From positions 35,470 to 99,469 of IMG/VR virus record IMGVR_UViG_3300045988_147330: DNA of 64,000 nucleotides. One strand, given 5' to 3'. The translations under genes and the position numbers were made by a program. The notes beneath the pieces were generated by a model. It made no database searches, was not told the DNA's origin, and worked only from the letters and a program-made list of their open reading frames with translations. Below, one piece after another: positions 35,505 to 44,034 of the stretch. This stretch comes from a virus. The number at the start of each line of letters is the position of its first letter. Position 1 is the stretch's first letter.

Positions 35505-35723
35505 ATGAAAGAATTTAAAAGATGGAACAACAAGCCTATAAAGATTACGTATTTAATACCTAGTGGGAATAAATATTCTTATATAAAATTAGGTGATATT
35601 GTAGATCTAACAGATGGTACATATAAAATAACCGCCTTGGATAATGAAGAAAACATTTTCCAGGCGGTTAATATGGATAATAAAGATGATTGTGTGATTA
35701 TGTATGCGTATGAGGTAGTCTAG
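35505..35723 (+). CDS. hypothetical protein
   Basis: 72-aa ORF, opposite orientation to its neighbours. Confidence 0.4.
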   Translation: MKEFKRWNNKPIKITYLIPSGNKYSYIKLGDIVDLTDGTYKITALDNEENIFQAVNMDNKDDCVIMYAYEVV

Positions 35724-36088
35724 TTTTTAGTTTTATATTTTCCTCTTGGCTTTTTTGGACGGACAAGCCCGTTATTCTTGAGAGCATCTAATGAATCTTT
35801 CAAATAAACGGGTTTTGTAATTCCTTGTACCCTTACCGGAGACAATAATGGTGTTACAGGATGAAATTTAGTACCCTTATATGTTATTCGTGCAAATTCA
35901 GTATCACTTATATCAAGATATTTAATAGCATTTTCTCTATCAAAATAGGATGGTATTATGGTAGACTTGTTTATTGCATCTGTTAGAAAATTGAACTGCT
36001 CAGCATTTACATTTGAATTTCCGCTTTTCAATGCTAAAGAAATTCCATCAAGCAGAGATGCTAATATTGTATTGTAATTTGTTCCCAT
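35720..36088 (-). CDS. hypothetical protein with basic C-terminus
   Basis: 122-aa ORF, third gene downstream of the RT. Confidence 0.5.
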   Translation of the reverse strand: MGTNYNTILASLLDGISLALKSGNSNVNAEQFNFLTDAINKSTIIPSYFDRENAIKYLDISDTEFARITYKGTKFHPVTPLLSPVRVQGITKPVYLKDSLDALKNNGLVRPKKPRGKYKTKN

Positions 36089-36093
36089 TGTTA

Positions 36094-36426
36094 TTACTCT
36101 ATAGATGATATATTTGCTGAACCATCAACATAAATGATATCTCCTGGCGTTACCGAGAAGTATTCTACTGTTCCTTGAGGAAGAAGCATTGATGAATTTT
36201 CCAACGCTCTACTTGAACGGGATTTAAATTCTTCTTTATATAGACTAATTCTACATCCTTCCATAGTAGCTATTCTTACAAGATTAGATGTAGCTGTATA
36301 CATATTATCTGCAATATCACTTGCAAGTGATATTCTTGCGGCTACAATACCTTTCAATGCTTCATCTTTTGAAGCGTTTGTTTGAGAAAAATATCCTCCT
36401 ATTTGTTGTCTATCATAGTTCTCCAT
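36094..36426 (-). CDS. hypothetical protein
   Basis: 110-aa ORF overlapping the upstream gene by 14 nt. Confidence 0.5.
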   Translation of the reverse strand: MENYDRQQIGGYFSQTNASKDEALKGIVAARISLASDIADNMYTATSNLVRIATMEGCRISLYKEEFKSRSSRALENSSMLLPQGTVEYFSVTPGDIIYVDGSANISSIE

Positions 36427-36769
36427 AGCCTTTTATAAATGATTTTTTTACACTTTCTGCAAATTCGTTTAATTTTACATAATCTGCGTCTAATTTATTT
36501 AATATACCTTTTCTTAGAGCAGCTTCTTCTTCACCATTAGGAAACTCGTCCTTTATAGCAGCATTTACAGTTTTGTCGTATGATACAGGGTTTTTCACAC
36601 GCTGTACATCAGCTACCCATTTCTTTACAAATTTTCCTTGTACGGGTTCACCAACACTGTCAATATATGGTTCGTCAACCTGTTTTATATTTAAATGTAC
36701 GTTACTGTACCCTGTCCCTAAATCCAAGATGAAGGGAGGTTTTTCGTCAAAAATCAATCCTCTTTCCAT
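36413..36769 (-). CDS. hypothetical protein closely spaced with the RT (3-nt gap)
   Basis: 118-aa ORF; its ATG (36769) lies 3 nt after the RT stop codon (36773-36775). Confidence 0.55.
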   Translation of the reverse strand: MERGLIFDEKPPFILDLGTGYSNVHLNIKQVDEPYIDSVGEPVQGKFVKKWVADVQRVKNPVSYDKTVNAAIKDEFPNGEEEAALRKGILNKLDADYVKLNEFAESVKKSFIKGYGEL

Positions 36770-36772
36770 ATT

Positions 36773-38095
36773 TTAAATATCTAATGTGCCATCAAAATAA
36801 TAACCTCTATTAAATTTTATAACAACATCTTCCAATGGGAGAAGGCTTCTGTCAACTTGTGAAAGAAATATACCTATGGATTCATATCCACCTTTTACAA
36901 AGCATTTTTCTCCTTTAAACAATATTTGCATTCTTACCCATGTGCTATTGTCTTTTTTAGTAGATGGTCTTACATCAAAATCAAGAATATCTATATATTC
37001 GTCAACGAGTTTGTCTATTTTTACATCTTTCCCATCAAACCTTCTTGATACTTTTATTCCTAAATCGCCAATTTTTGTCATGTGGCTATTATTTTTAGTT
37101 AAAATTTTATTAATCAAATTTCTAGAATCACAGTGCATCAACATTCCCATATAACTTGACACGGAGTTTGGATTGTTTCGTTTTAATGCAAAGTTTTTCT
37201 TTATTCTTTTTCTTATTTTAGTATGTCCTGGCATGAAAACAAATCCACCGAAATCTATTCCTTCTGATACAGGAAATATTCTGTAATTTTTCTTCATTTC
37301 CAGTTTCTTTTCATACCAAAGATAATTTCTTATTCTCCATAACCATTCATGCAACTGTTTTTTATCATGGGACAGTATTACCATATCATCAGCAAACCTA
37401 AAATAATGTTTTACTTTAAACTGCTCCTTTATGACGTGATCTAACGATCTCAACACTAAATGGCTTCCTATCTGTGCATCAGGATTTCCAATAGCTAAAC
37501 CCTTGTTGCTGTAATTAAGCGTATTCATAAGCCATAATGCATCCCTATCTTTCAGGTCTTTACTATACGCTTTTTTATAAACACTATGTCTTACAGAAGG
37601 ATAAAACTTCTTAATGTCCATTTTTAAGACATATATTTTCCCGTTTTTGTCCATTTCAAGCAACGTTCGCTTCATCTTCTTTACTAGAGAATGTTTCTTA
37701 ACTTTGCTTGTAATACCTCTTTTGGGCAAACAGTTGTACGAATCAAGTGTAAGACTTTTCGTCCATCTATCCATCATTGGTATCAAAAGACTATGTTGGA
37801 TAATCCTGTCAGGATAAAATGGTAATTTATGTATCTCCCTTGTTTTTCCTGCATCAGTCACTTTCTCCATTATCTCATACTCACTTACTTGGTATGATTT
37901 GTTTTTGAGCATTTGATAAACATTTTGATGGTATTCATCCTTATGTTTCTCATAATCTCTGACTCCCCTATGATTCCTTTTGCCTTTTTTCGCTTTTTTA
38001 GCAGCAGATATTATATTATCCATGCTGCATATTGTTTCAAAAATATTATTTACTCTTTTCATTTTTTCGTGCTTTTTCTTTGTCCGTTGAGCCAA
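36773..38095 (-). CDS. DGR-type reverse transcriptase
   Basis: RT motifs incl. FYPSV, LAIGNPDAQIGSH and catalytic FRFADDMVIL; sits directly 3' of a TR that matches a VR with A-specific mismatches. Confidence 0.9.
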   Translation of the reverse strand: MAQRTKKKHEKMKRVNNIFETICSMDNIISAAKKAKKGKRNHRGVRDYEKHKDEYHQNVYQMLKNKSYQVSEYEIMEKVTDAGKTREIHKLPFYPDRIIQHSLLIPMMDRWTKSLTLDSYNCLPKRGITSKVKKHSLVKKMKRTLLEMDKNGKIYVLKMDIKKFYPSVRHSVYKKAYSKDLKDRDALWLMNTLNYSNKGLAIGNPDAQIGSHLVLRSLDHVIKEQFKVKHYFRFADDMVILSHDKKQLHEWLWRIRNYLWYEKKLEMKKNYRIFPVSEGIDFGGFVFMPGHTKIRKRIKKNFALKRNNPNSVSSYMGMLMHCDSRNLINKILTKNNSHMTKIGDLGIKVSRRFDGKDVKIDKLVDEYIDILDFDVRPSTKKDNSTWVRMQILFKGEKCFVKGGYESIGIFLSQVDRSLLPLEDVVIKFNRGYYFDGTLDI

Positions 38096-38229
38096 AGCTA
38101 ACTAACTTTCCATACACCTACAAATGTGTATGTACTAATAAGTTCCCATTCTCTAATAATGGGATGTCTTGTCATTTTTCGTCTTCCTGACGAGGCTTCT
38201 GTATAGCAGTAATTTTTTTAAGCACGTTA

Positions 38230-38333
38230 GCTGCCACCGATGTTCGTGTTCGCGTTCGTAGGGGCATTGTTCGCATTACCATACCGCAAAGAACAATTGT
38301 CGTTGTTCGACTGACCACCAAAGTAAACACCAC
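38230..38333 (-). repeat. DGR template repeat (TR)
   Basis: 104-bp gapless match to 38512-38615; in the target frame it encodes nine AAC/AAT codons. Confidence 0.9.
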
Positions 38334-38419
38334 CAATCTACAGACCGCCTTTTTTCAACTAACCGCCTTTGACAGACTTATTTCACTTTGCTGACGCATT
38401 TGGTTAGATTTTTATTATG

Positions 38420-38427
38420 CAAACTTA
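38420..38427 (-). promoter_or_regulatory. -7 promoter motif TAAGTTTG upstream of TR-RT (minus strand)
   Basis: Reverse complement of caaactta, ~87 nt 5' of TR. Confidence 0.35.
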
Positions 38428-38465
38428 AACATTATTAATATAATTTGCAAGTTTTGGGATGAGGA

Positions 38466-38484
38466 TTTTTCACTTCGTGAAAAA
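38466..38484 (-). promoter_or_regulatory. hairpin immediately 3' of the target stop codon (candidate DGR target-recognition hairpin or terminator)
   Basis: 8-bp stem tttttcac/gtgaaaaa, 3-nt loop, 27 nt downstream of the VR end. Confidence 0.4.
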
Positions 38485-40416
38485 TTAGGCTTGGGTTATT
38501 GTACAACGGAAGCCGCCACCGATGCTCGTGAACGCGATCGTAGGGGCAATGTACGCATTACCAGACCGCAAAGAACAATAGTCGTAGTCCGACCGACCAC
38601 CAAAGTAAACACCACGTCTTCCAATTTTACCCGAACCTGCACCCCCTGTAAACCAGTTATAATGGCATTCTCCCGTATGAAGTCCACCACCTTGAGTTTT
38701 ACCTATAAGACAGTCTTTAAAATTTTCAAGCTGATATCCTTCGCCTTTGTTCTTAGTACCAATTAAATCATAGATATTTTCAAACCCATACGATTCACCA
38801 GGATTTTTATCGGTTGATACATTGTCAGTAGTCATATTGTTTACCGACTTAGTTTGATATATGTCAATAGATGTGGAATCATGCATAACACAGTCTATTC
38901 CACTATACCACATCCATATATCTCCCCATCCTGCAATTCTTCCCCGTATCAGAGGTTGGGCAAAGCATACTTCAACTTCCCTGTCTGTAACCAACGCAGA
39001 ATCGGGAATGCTCCATCCTGTTACGCTGATTGTGAAAAATTTAACAACAACACCGGACATTTCCCCCTCTGCAAGTCCATTATGACCTTGGAAATTAAAA
39101 TAACGATAAGTGGAACCATCATAGGTGAAATCTGTATTTTGTTCAATATTGTTTTCCTTTGCGTATGACATCGCCAACTGTGCTTCAAACATTTTCAGTT
39201 TAGGACGATAATTATTGATTACTTGATCAAAATTATAAGTAGTTCCTGTTTCAGAAGCCTTGAAGCCAGCTCCATTTATTTTATAATAAACGTATGTCTG
39301 ATTATCATTCTTTTTAAATCTTATTCCTGTCATTTTACCCCAGCTTGAAGCATCAGGCGCAGAATCATTAGATGATATACCTTTTCCACATACAGATTGA
39401 GAATGAACATCTTTCGTTCTAAACTTTATAAACAAAAGGGTACACCACACATCCAAGTCAAATGCAAAAGCATTTGCGTATGGTAAATTAGATGATGTGT
39501 CTGTATTTTTATTTCTTGCATATTGTTCATAGTTAAAGCGTGAAATATTTGTTGTAGGCCATCCACCTGTAGTCATGATGTTTACGCCCAACATTCCTGC
39601 TCCAGTAGTACCCATAATGGTATTATCTCTAATTGATCTCTGTTTGTTATCTTTTATTACTGAATATCCGATACACACAGCAAATGGAGCTACAAAGTCG
39701 GCTGTATCACCGCCATAAGTAAATGGTATATCTCCAACAATCCTTCTTTCATAAGTATCATCAGTTCCTCCATTAATTACCCAAAACGGCTTGGTATTTA
39801 CTAACATAACATCAGTGCCATCGTCTACTACATCAGTGCCATCTATAATAATATTTGAAGGTGTTCCGTCAGCCATTTTAAATAGATTGGTTTGGTCGAA
39901 ATATCCTACGACTTTTCCGTCCTTTACTTTAGCCAGGCGAAATGCATTCAATATAGGATGAGATACCTTAAATTCCTCTTTTCCTATCCATGTCTGATAG
40001 ACAGGATCACTTTGCCCACGAGACATTTCTACACCATATACATTTCCTTGTTGTTGCTTTAATGAATCTAGAAATTGTTTGTCTATATCGGTAAAATCAT
40101 TTGTAGACAATGATTTGCCTTCCACTTTATCCACCTTTTTATCTAAGGCTGTCTTTTGCGGATCAGATACAGGCTTTTCCGCGTCAGATGTATTGTCTAC
40201 TTTAGAAAGTCCAATGTTTTCTTTTGTTATATTGACGTTCCCTTTCCTATATGAACTCTCATTGTTACCTTTTACACCTGTTACCATACCTTCTCTTATC
40301 TGAGATATAGTGACCGACTTGTTCTTCTTCGGTTCATCTGTAACGCATGGTATTATCTCTGTACCCGTAACGGTTTCAACGGGAGTCATTTCCGAAATTT
40401 TAAGATTTTCTTCCAT
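38485..40416 (-). CDS. DGR target: tail fibre / receptor-binding protein with C-terminal variable (CLec-like) region
   Basis: N-terminal fibre motif GNVNITKENIGLSKVDNTSDAEKPVS; C-terminus GVYFGG....C.L..GNA..AP........GGGFRC overlaps VR. Confidence 0.85.
   Translation of the reverse strand: MEENLKISEMTPVETVTGTEIIPCVTDEPKKNKSVTISQIREGMVTGVKGNNESSYRKGNVNITKENIGLSKVDNTSDAEKPVSDPQKTALDKKVDKVEGKSLSTNDFTDIDKQFLDSLKQQQGNVYGVEMSRGQSDPVYQTWIGKEEFKVSHPILNAFRLAKVKDGKVVGYFDQTNLFKMADGTPSNIIIDGTDVVDDGTDVMLVNTKPFWVINGGTDDTYERRIVGDIPFTYGGDTADFVAPFAVCIGYSVIKDNKQRSIRDNTIMGTTGAGMLGVNIMTTGGWPTTNISRFNYEQYARNKNTDTSSNLPYANAFAFDLDVWCTLLFIKFRTKDVHSQSVCGKGISSNDSAPDASSWGKMTGIRFKKNDNQTYVYYKINGAGFKASETGTTYNFDQVINNYRPKLKMFEAQLAMSYAKENNIEQNTDFTYDGSTYRYFNFQGHNGLAEGEMSGVVVKFFTISVTGWSIPDSALVTDREVEVCFAQPLIRGRIAGWGDIWMWYSGIDCVMHDSTSIDIYQTKSVNNMTTDNVSTDKNPGESYGFENIYDLIGTKNKGEGYQLENFKDCLIGKTQGGGLHTGECHYNWFTGGAGSGKIGRRGVYFGGRSDYDYCSLRSGNAYIAPTIAFTSIGGGFRCTITQA
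38512..38615 (-). repeat. DGR variable repeat (VR)
   Basis: 12 mismatches to TR, all at TR plus-strand T = coding-strand A; ends 8 codons before the stop. Confidence 0.9.
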
Positions 40417-40418
40417 TG

Positions 40419-42155
40419 TTAATCCTCTGTTAAAATTAAGTTGTTATTTTCAAGTAATATGTTGTTTCCGTCTTCCATGATTATGATATTATTGATAACT
40501 TCAAGTATTATTCTTGAATTGGCAAATTTCCATTCATTGTTTGAATATGGCATGTATCCATCCTTTGTTACAGATATGGACATGGTACTATTGGCTATCC
40601 CCACTACTTTTACTGTGCCATCAGATAGTGTATTGTACTGTAAACCTTCTATCGTAACCGTTGCATTCTCTATGGGTGCTCCATTCACATCCACTACCGT
40701 TATAGTGACAATGGATTTTGGTATATAATAATCAATTAAATCCTGTTCGGTGAATCCATCGGTTTCCTTTGCCGGAACAGCATCGAATCCTATGGAGTTA
40801 TAGAAAGCTAGTGTTCCAAAATAACCTAAATTATTATATAACGAAAAGAAAGACGGTGTACCTGTTTTTTCACTGTCAGCACTACCATTTACTATTGTTA
40901 TAGTTGTTTTCTTTTCAAGAAGATTATCTGCAATAATAGTTTCATTTAATACTCCATCAATATATGTGCTTCCGTCAACGTTTCTAGCATTATAAGCTAT
41001 TGAGTTAGATTCGGCAAAAATTGAAAAATAACTAGAGGTTACGTTATCATACCCAACTTTTCTTTGGTCGTATAGTTGCTGACCTAACCTAAAATTATTA
41101 CAAGTATAGAACAGCATCTTAACTCCCTGTGACAAATTCTGCACCTGCCCATAATCATCCACTCCATCCGTTACTAGGGCATTTGGGTATTTAGGAATAA
41201 ACTCTATTGTTACATCCATATCTCCGGCATCTCCTGTAACTCCTATAGCATTATATAGTGATTCAGTCCCTTCGGGATAAGACAGAGTAACCTCATGTTC
41301 TCCATTGTCAAATGTGTAGAATCCCCCATTCCTGTTAACTAAGCTAACCTGTCTACCATCTTGTAGCCCTGTAACTTTAAATTTATGAGTAGGCGTAGAA
41401 TTTGACGGTACTATATTTACCATATTATTAGTAGTGGATAGTTTGCTAGTAATATGTATAATCCTATTGTCTGTTACCGTCACAACAGCCCTATCTGGAA
41501 TAATATTCGTACTGGATATATCATATCCTCCCACACCACTCATAGCCGAGAACAGGAAATTATTCAATTTCAATGGTCTGTTGTTTCCACTGAAATCCTG
41601 TAGATAAGGATTGGATTTCAATATCTCGTTGGTAGGTACGGATTGTCTTGTAGGAATTTCCTCTACCACAATATTGCAGTCCGCATCATTCACATTATCA
41701 CCTGCCAAATAAAATCCGGGATATCGTGTTGTCGTACCGCTATTCTTATATTCTGGTATGTCATATTCTCCATCAGATGTTATCTTGGTAGAATAGATAC
41801 CGCTTTCTATCGAAAATCCCTGTGGAAGTCCTGTCACTCTTATCTTAAAAGAGGAAACAGCACTTGACGGGGAACATGAAACTTGCCAAAAGTTTTTGTT
41901 TGCAGACGTAGGTGTATGGGTGATGGTGCACTTGTTTATAGTGCTATCATATTTAATTTTTCCTCCGTCATTTATGAATTGATTTGCATAAGTAACGCCA
42001 GGAATATAAACATCCACAGGCTTTGACATATCGTACCAGAACACCATGTGTTTTGGTATCCATTTTTCTATCACCTTGTTTATATCGGTTTTTCCTGTAC
42101 CTGCCGATTTTACAAGTCCAAGTTTTCCTATGTTAAAAAAACCTATTTTTCTCAT
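40419..42155 (-). CDS. tail/baseplate-associated protein with carboxypeptidase-regulatory-like beta-sandwich
   Basis: 578 aa; TITVVDVNGAPIENATVTIEGLQYNTLSDGTVKV...VTKDGYMPY near the C-terminus; abuts the DGR target gene. Confidence 0.45.
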   Translation of the reverse strand: MRKIGFFNIGKLGLVKSAGTGKTDINKVIEKWIPKHMVFWYDMSKPVDVYIPGVTYANQFINDGGKIKYDSTINKCTITHTPTSANKNFWQVSCSPSSAVSSFKIRVTGLPQGFSIESGIYSTKITSDGEYDIPEYKNSGTTTRYPGFYLAGDNVNDADCNIVVEEIPTRQSVPTNEILKSNPYLQDFSGNNRPLKLNNFLFSAMSGVGGYDISSTNIIPDRAVVTVTDNRIIHITSKLSTTNNMVNIVPSNSTPTHKFKVTGLQDGRQVSLVNRNGGFYTFDNGEHEVTLSYPEGTESLYNAIGVTGDAGDMDVTIEFIPKYPNALVTDGVDDYGQVQNLSQGVKMLFYTCNNFRLGQQLYDQRKVGYDNVTSSYFSIFAESNSIAYNARNVDGSTYIDGVLNETIIADNLLEKKTTITIVNGSADSEKTGTPSFFSLYNNLGYFGTLAFYNSIGFDAVPAKETDGFTEQDLIDYYIPKSIVTITVVDVNGAPIENATVTIEGLQYNTLSDGTVKVVGIANSTMSISVTKDGYMPYSNNEWKFANSRIILEVINNIIIMEDGNNILLENNNLILTED

Positions 42156-42403
42156 TTTTCGTCCATTTTAACCCACTCATCAGATAAAAGCAGCTTCTCA
42201 AACTCTCTTGTGCCAGTGTCGTATGTGTCGTAAGGGAAAGGGTGTTCCGTTCCGTCCTCAGGTAACGTCATAGGCATCACTTCCATAACCTTCTCGGTAT
42301 GGATCATATAATACAGACCGTCTGTCGATCGTCTGAAAACGGACAGATCATCTTCCGAAAACATAATCTCGGAGTCCATTTTGGGAACTATCGAAAATTG
42401 CAT
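42152..42403 (-). CDS. hypothetical protein
   Basis: 83-aa ORF, first gene of the minus-strand unit, ATGA overlap. Confidence 0.5.
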   Translation of the reverse strand: MQFSIVPKMDSEIMFSEDDLSVFRRSTDGLYYMIHTEKVMEVMPMTLPEDGTEHPFPYDTYDTGTREFEKLLLSDEWVKMDEK

Positions 42404-42427
42404 AATTTGTTTTTTTATCTATTATCG

Positions 42428-42435
42428 CAAAGATA
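42428..42435 (-). promoter_or_regulatory. -7 promoter motif TATCTTTG (minus strand)
   Basis: Reverse complement of caaagata, 25 nt upstream of ATG 42403. Confidence 0.4.
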
Positions 42436-42480
42436 GCATAAAATTCGTTAAACAATTTGGTTATGAGCAGTTTTGTGCAG

Positions 42481-42488
42481 TATATTTG
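42481..42488 (+). promoter_or_regulatory. -7 promoter motif TATATTTG (plus strand, divergent)
   Basis: 26 nt upstream of ATG 42514. Confidence 0.4.
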
Positions 42489-42513
42489 CTTAAAAATAAA
42501 AAATATAATATCA

Positions 42514-42882
42514 ATGAATGTATTAAGTTTATGTGATGGTATAGCCTGCGGTAGAATTGCTCTTGAACGAGCAGGGATAAAGGTGAATAAGTATTACGCA
42601 AGCGAGATAAATGAACCGTCTATTAAGGTGGCATTAGACAATTATCCTGATATCATAGAGTTAGGTGATATCAGGAATTGGAAAGAATGGAATATAGAAT
42701 GGAAAGATATTGATCTGTTGATTGGAGGTACACCATGCCAGGATTTCTCCCGACTTGGAAAGGAGAAGCTAAACTTTGATGGTGAACGTTCTGGGCTGTT
42801 CTTTCAATATGTGAACATACTTAATCATATAAAACAGTTTAATCCAAATGTAAAATTTAGGCAAATGCGGCTATGTGTATAA
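42514..42882 (+). pseudogene. 3'-truncated C5 cytosine DNA methyltransferase
   Basis: Motif I LSLCDGIACG and motif IV GGTPCQDFS are present. The ORF ends right after NPNVKF, where motif ENV is expected. No downstream continuation was found. Confidence 0.7.
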
Positions 42883-43116
42883 AGGATTGAAACTTAGCGA
42901 GCGTAGTTGGACTTGTCCGGAATGTGGTACACACCACGACCGGGACTTCAACGCAGCTTGTAATATCAAGAAATTTGGCTTGAAAGCCCTACCCACGGAG
43001 CGAGGGAAAGTCAAGCCTGTGGACTGCCCAACGGTGGATGAACGACCTCGTGTCCTAAAAAGCTGCGGCAGGAAGAAGCAGGAAAAAACTCATGCCTTTA
43101 GGCGTGGGGAGTTCAC
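42860..43116 (+). pseudogene. tnpB: TnpB 3' fragment (second family) with omega-RNA-like tail
   Basis: [36 protein letters not shown] (zinc finger + RuvC-III), then a structured non-coding-looking tail with terminal hairpin catgcc-ttta-ggcgtg ending gagttcac. Confidence 0.7.
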
Positions 43117-43290
43117 ATGATAAAGTTATGGAGCTTACCGAGCATCCATGTGGAAGTAATGCAGACTACAGAAGTATTACTTTTTACTGTGATGACTGCC
43201 CTATAGGGCGTTTTGGGACAAATATGTGTACAAAAGAACAACAATATTCTAAATAATCTTCAAAACCGAACAGAAATGTAATATAAGAAA

Positions 43291-43581
43291 ATGATGGTCA
43301 TATTGAAACTACCTGATTTTATGGTTCCTCGTATGAACTGCATAGGTGACATTTTACCACCTTATGTTTCGGTCGACGCAGAAATCGTTGACGAAATAAA
43401 AGAATTATGGGATAAAGGCATATATACTACTGGATGCTGTTCTGGGCATCCTGACGGTGCATATATAGGGGTAACTGATGATTGCGTGTGCATGATGGAG
43501 ATGTTGGGCTATAAACACCTGTATAATCCTCATGACGGAGACAACCAAAAAACTTTTTTGCCAAAATCAATTAACGAATAA
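43291..43581 (+). CDS. hypothetical protein
   Basis: 96-aa ORF. Confidence 0.5.
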   Translation: MMVILKLPDFMVPRMNCIGDILPPYVSVDAEIVDEIKELWDKGIYTTGCCSGHPDGAYIGVTDDCVCMMEMLGYKHLYNPHDGDNQKTFLPKSINE

Positions 43582-43659
43582 CAAATCAGAAATGAAGAAA
43601 ATAGCAATTTATAAGCATAAGTCATATATTGAACGGATTAAACAGAAAGGAGATTAGAT

Positions 43660-44034
43660 ATGGGTTACAGATGTCCCGGATGTGGAAAGGATTTCGGCTT
43701 TGATAAAGAGGCATTCAATAATCATTTGAATTTTGAATGCGGTGAAGGTGCAGCATTTGCTTATGCTTCTTTATCTCGCATAGAAGCAATGTGCGGAAAT
43801 GTTAAGCAATCAGATAAATGCGCGAAATCAGAAATCCGTAAACCAAAGTCTTATTCCAGCATAAGTCCAAAACACCATTGGGTAAAACAAAACGCTGTGA
43901 GTGATAAAGAAGGCTATGACATTGTAGTTTGTTCTTTATGTGGAATTAAGGCTAAAAGATGTATGAACAATTATAAGTTCGACATGCGTCAATCAATGAG
44001 TAAAATAGAAAATTGTATTAATTATGGAAAGTGA
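43660..44034 (+). CDS. hypothetical zinc-finger protein
   Basis: CPGCGK...C...C and CSLCG patterns; AAGGAG upstream. Confidence 0.5.
   Translation: MGYRCPGCGKDFGFDKEAFNNHLNFECGEGAAFAYASLSRIEAMCGNVKQSDKCAKSEIRKPKSYSSISPKHHWVKQNAVSDKEGYDIVVCSLCGIKAKRCMNNYKFDMRQSMSKIENCINYGK

Noticed and set aside
36413-36769. 118-aa ORF immediately downstream of the RT as the DGR accessory protein Avd
   Set aside because: The sequence does not look like a basic all-helical four-helix bundle to me. It is kept only as a hypothesis in the findings, not as an annotation.
36773-38095. Reverse transcriptase as a retron, Abi or DRT-type defence system
   Set aside because: An adjacent TR matches a VR in the neighbouring fibre gene with exclusively adenine-directed mismatches. 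This is diagnostic for a DGR rather than a defence RT.
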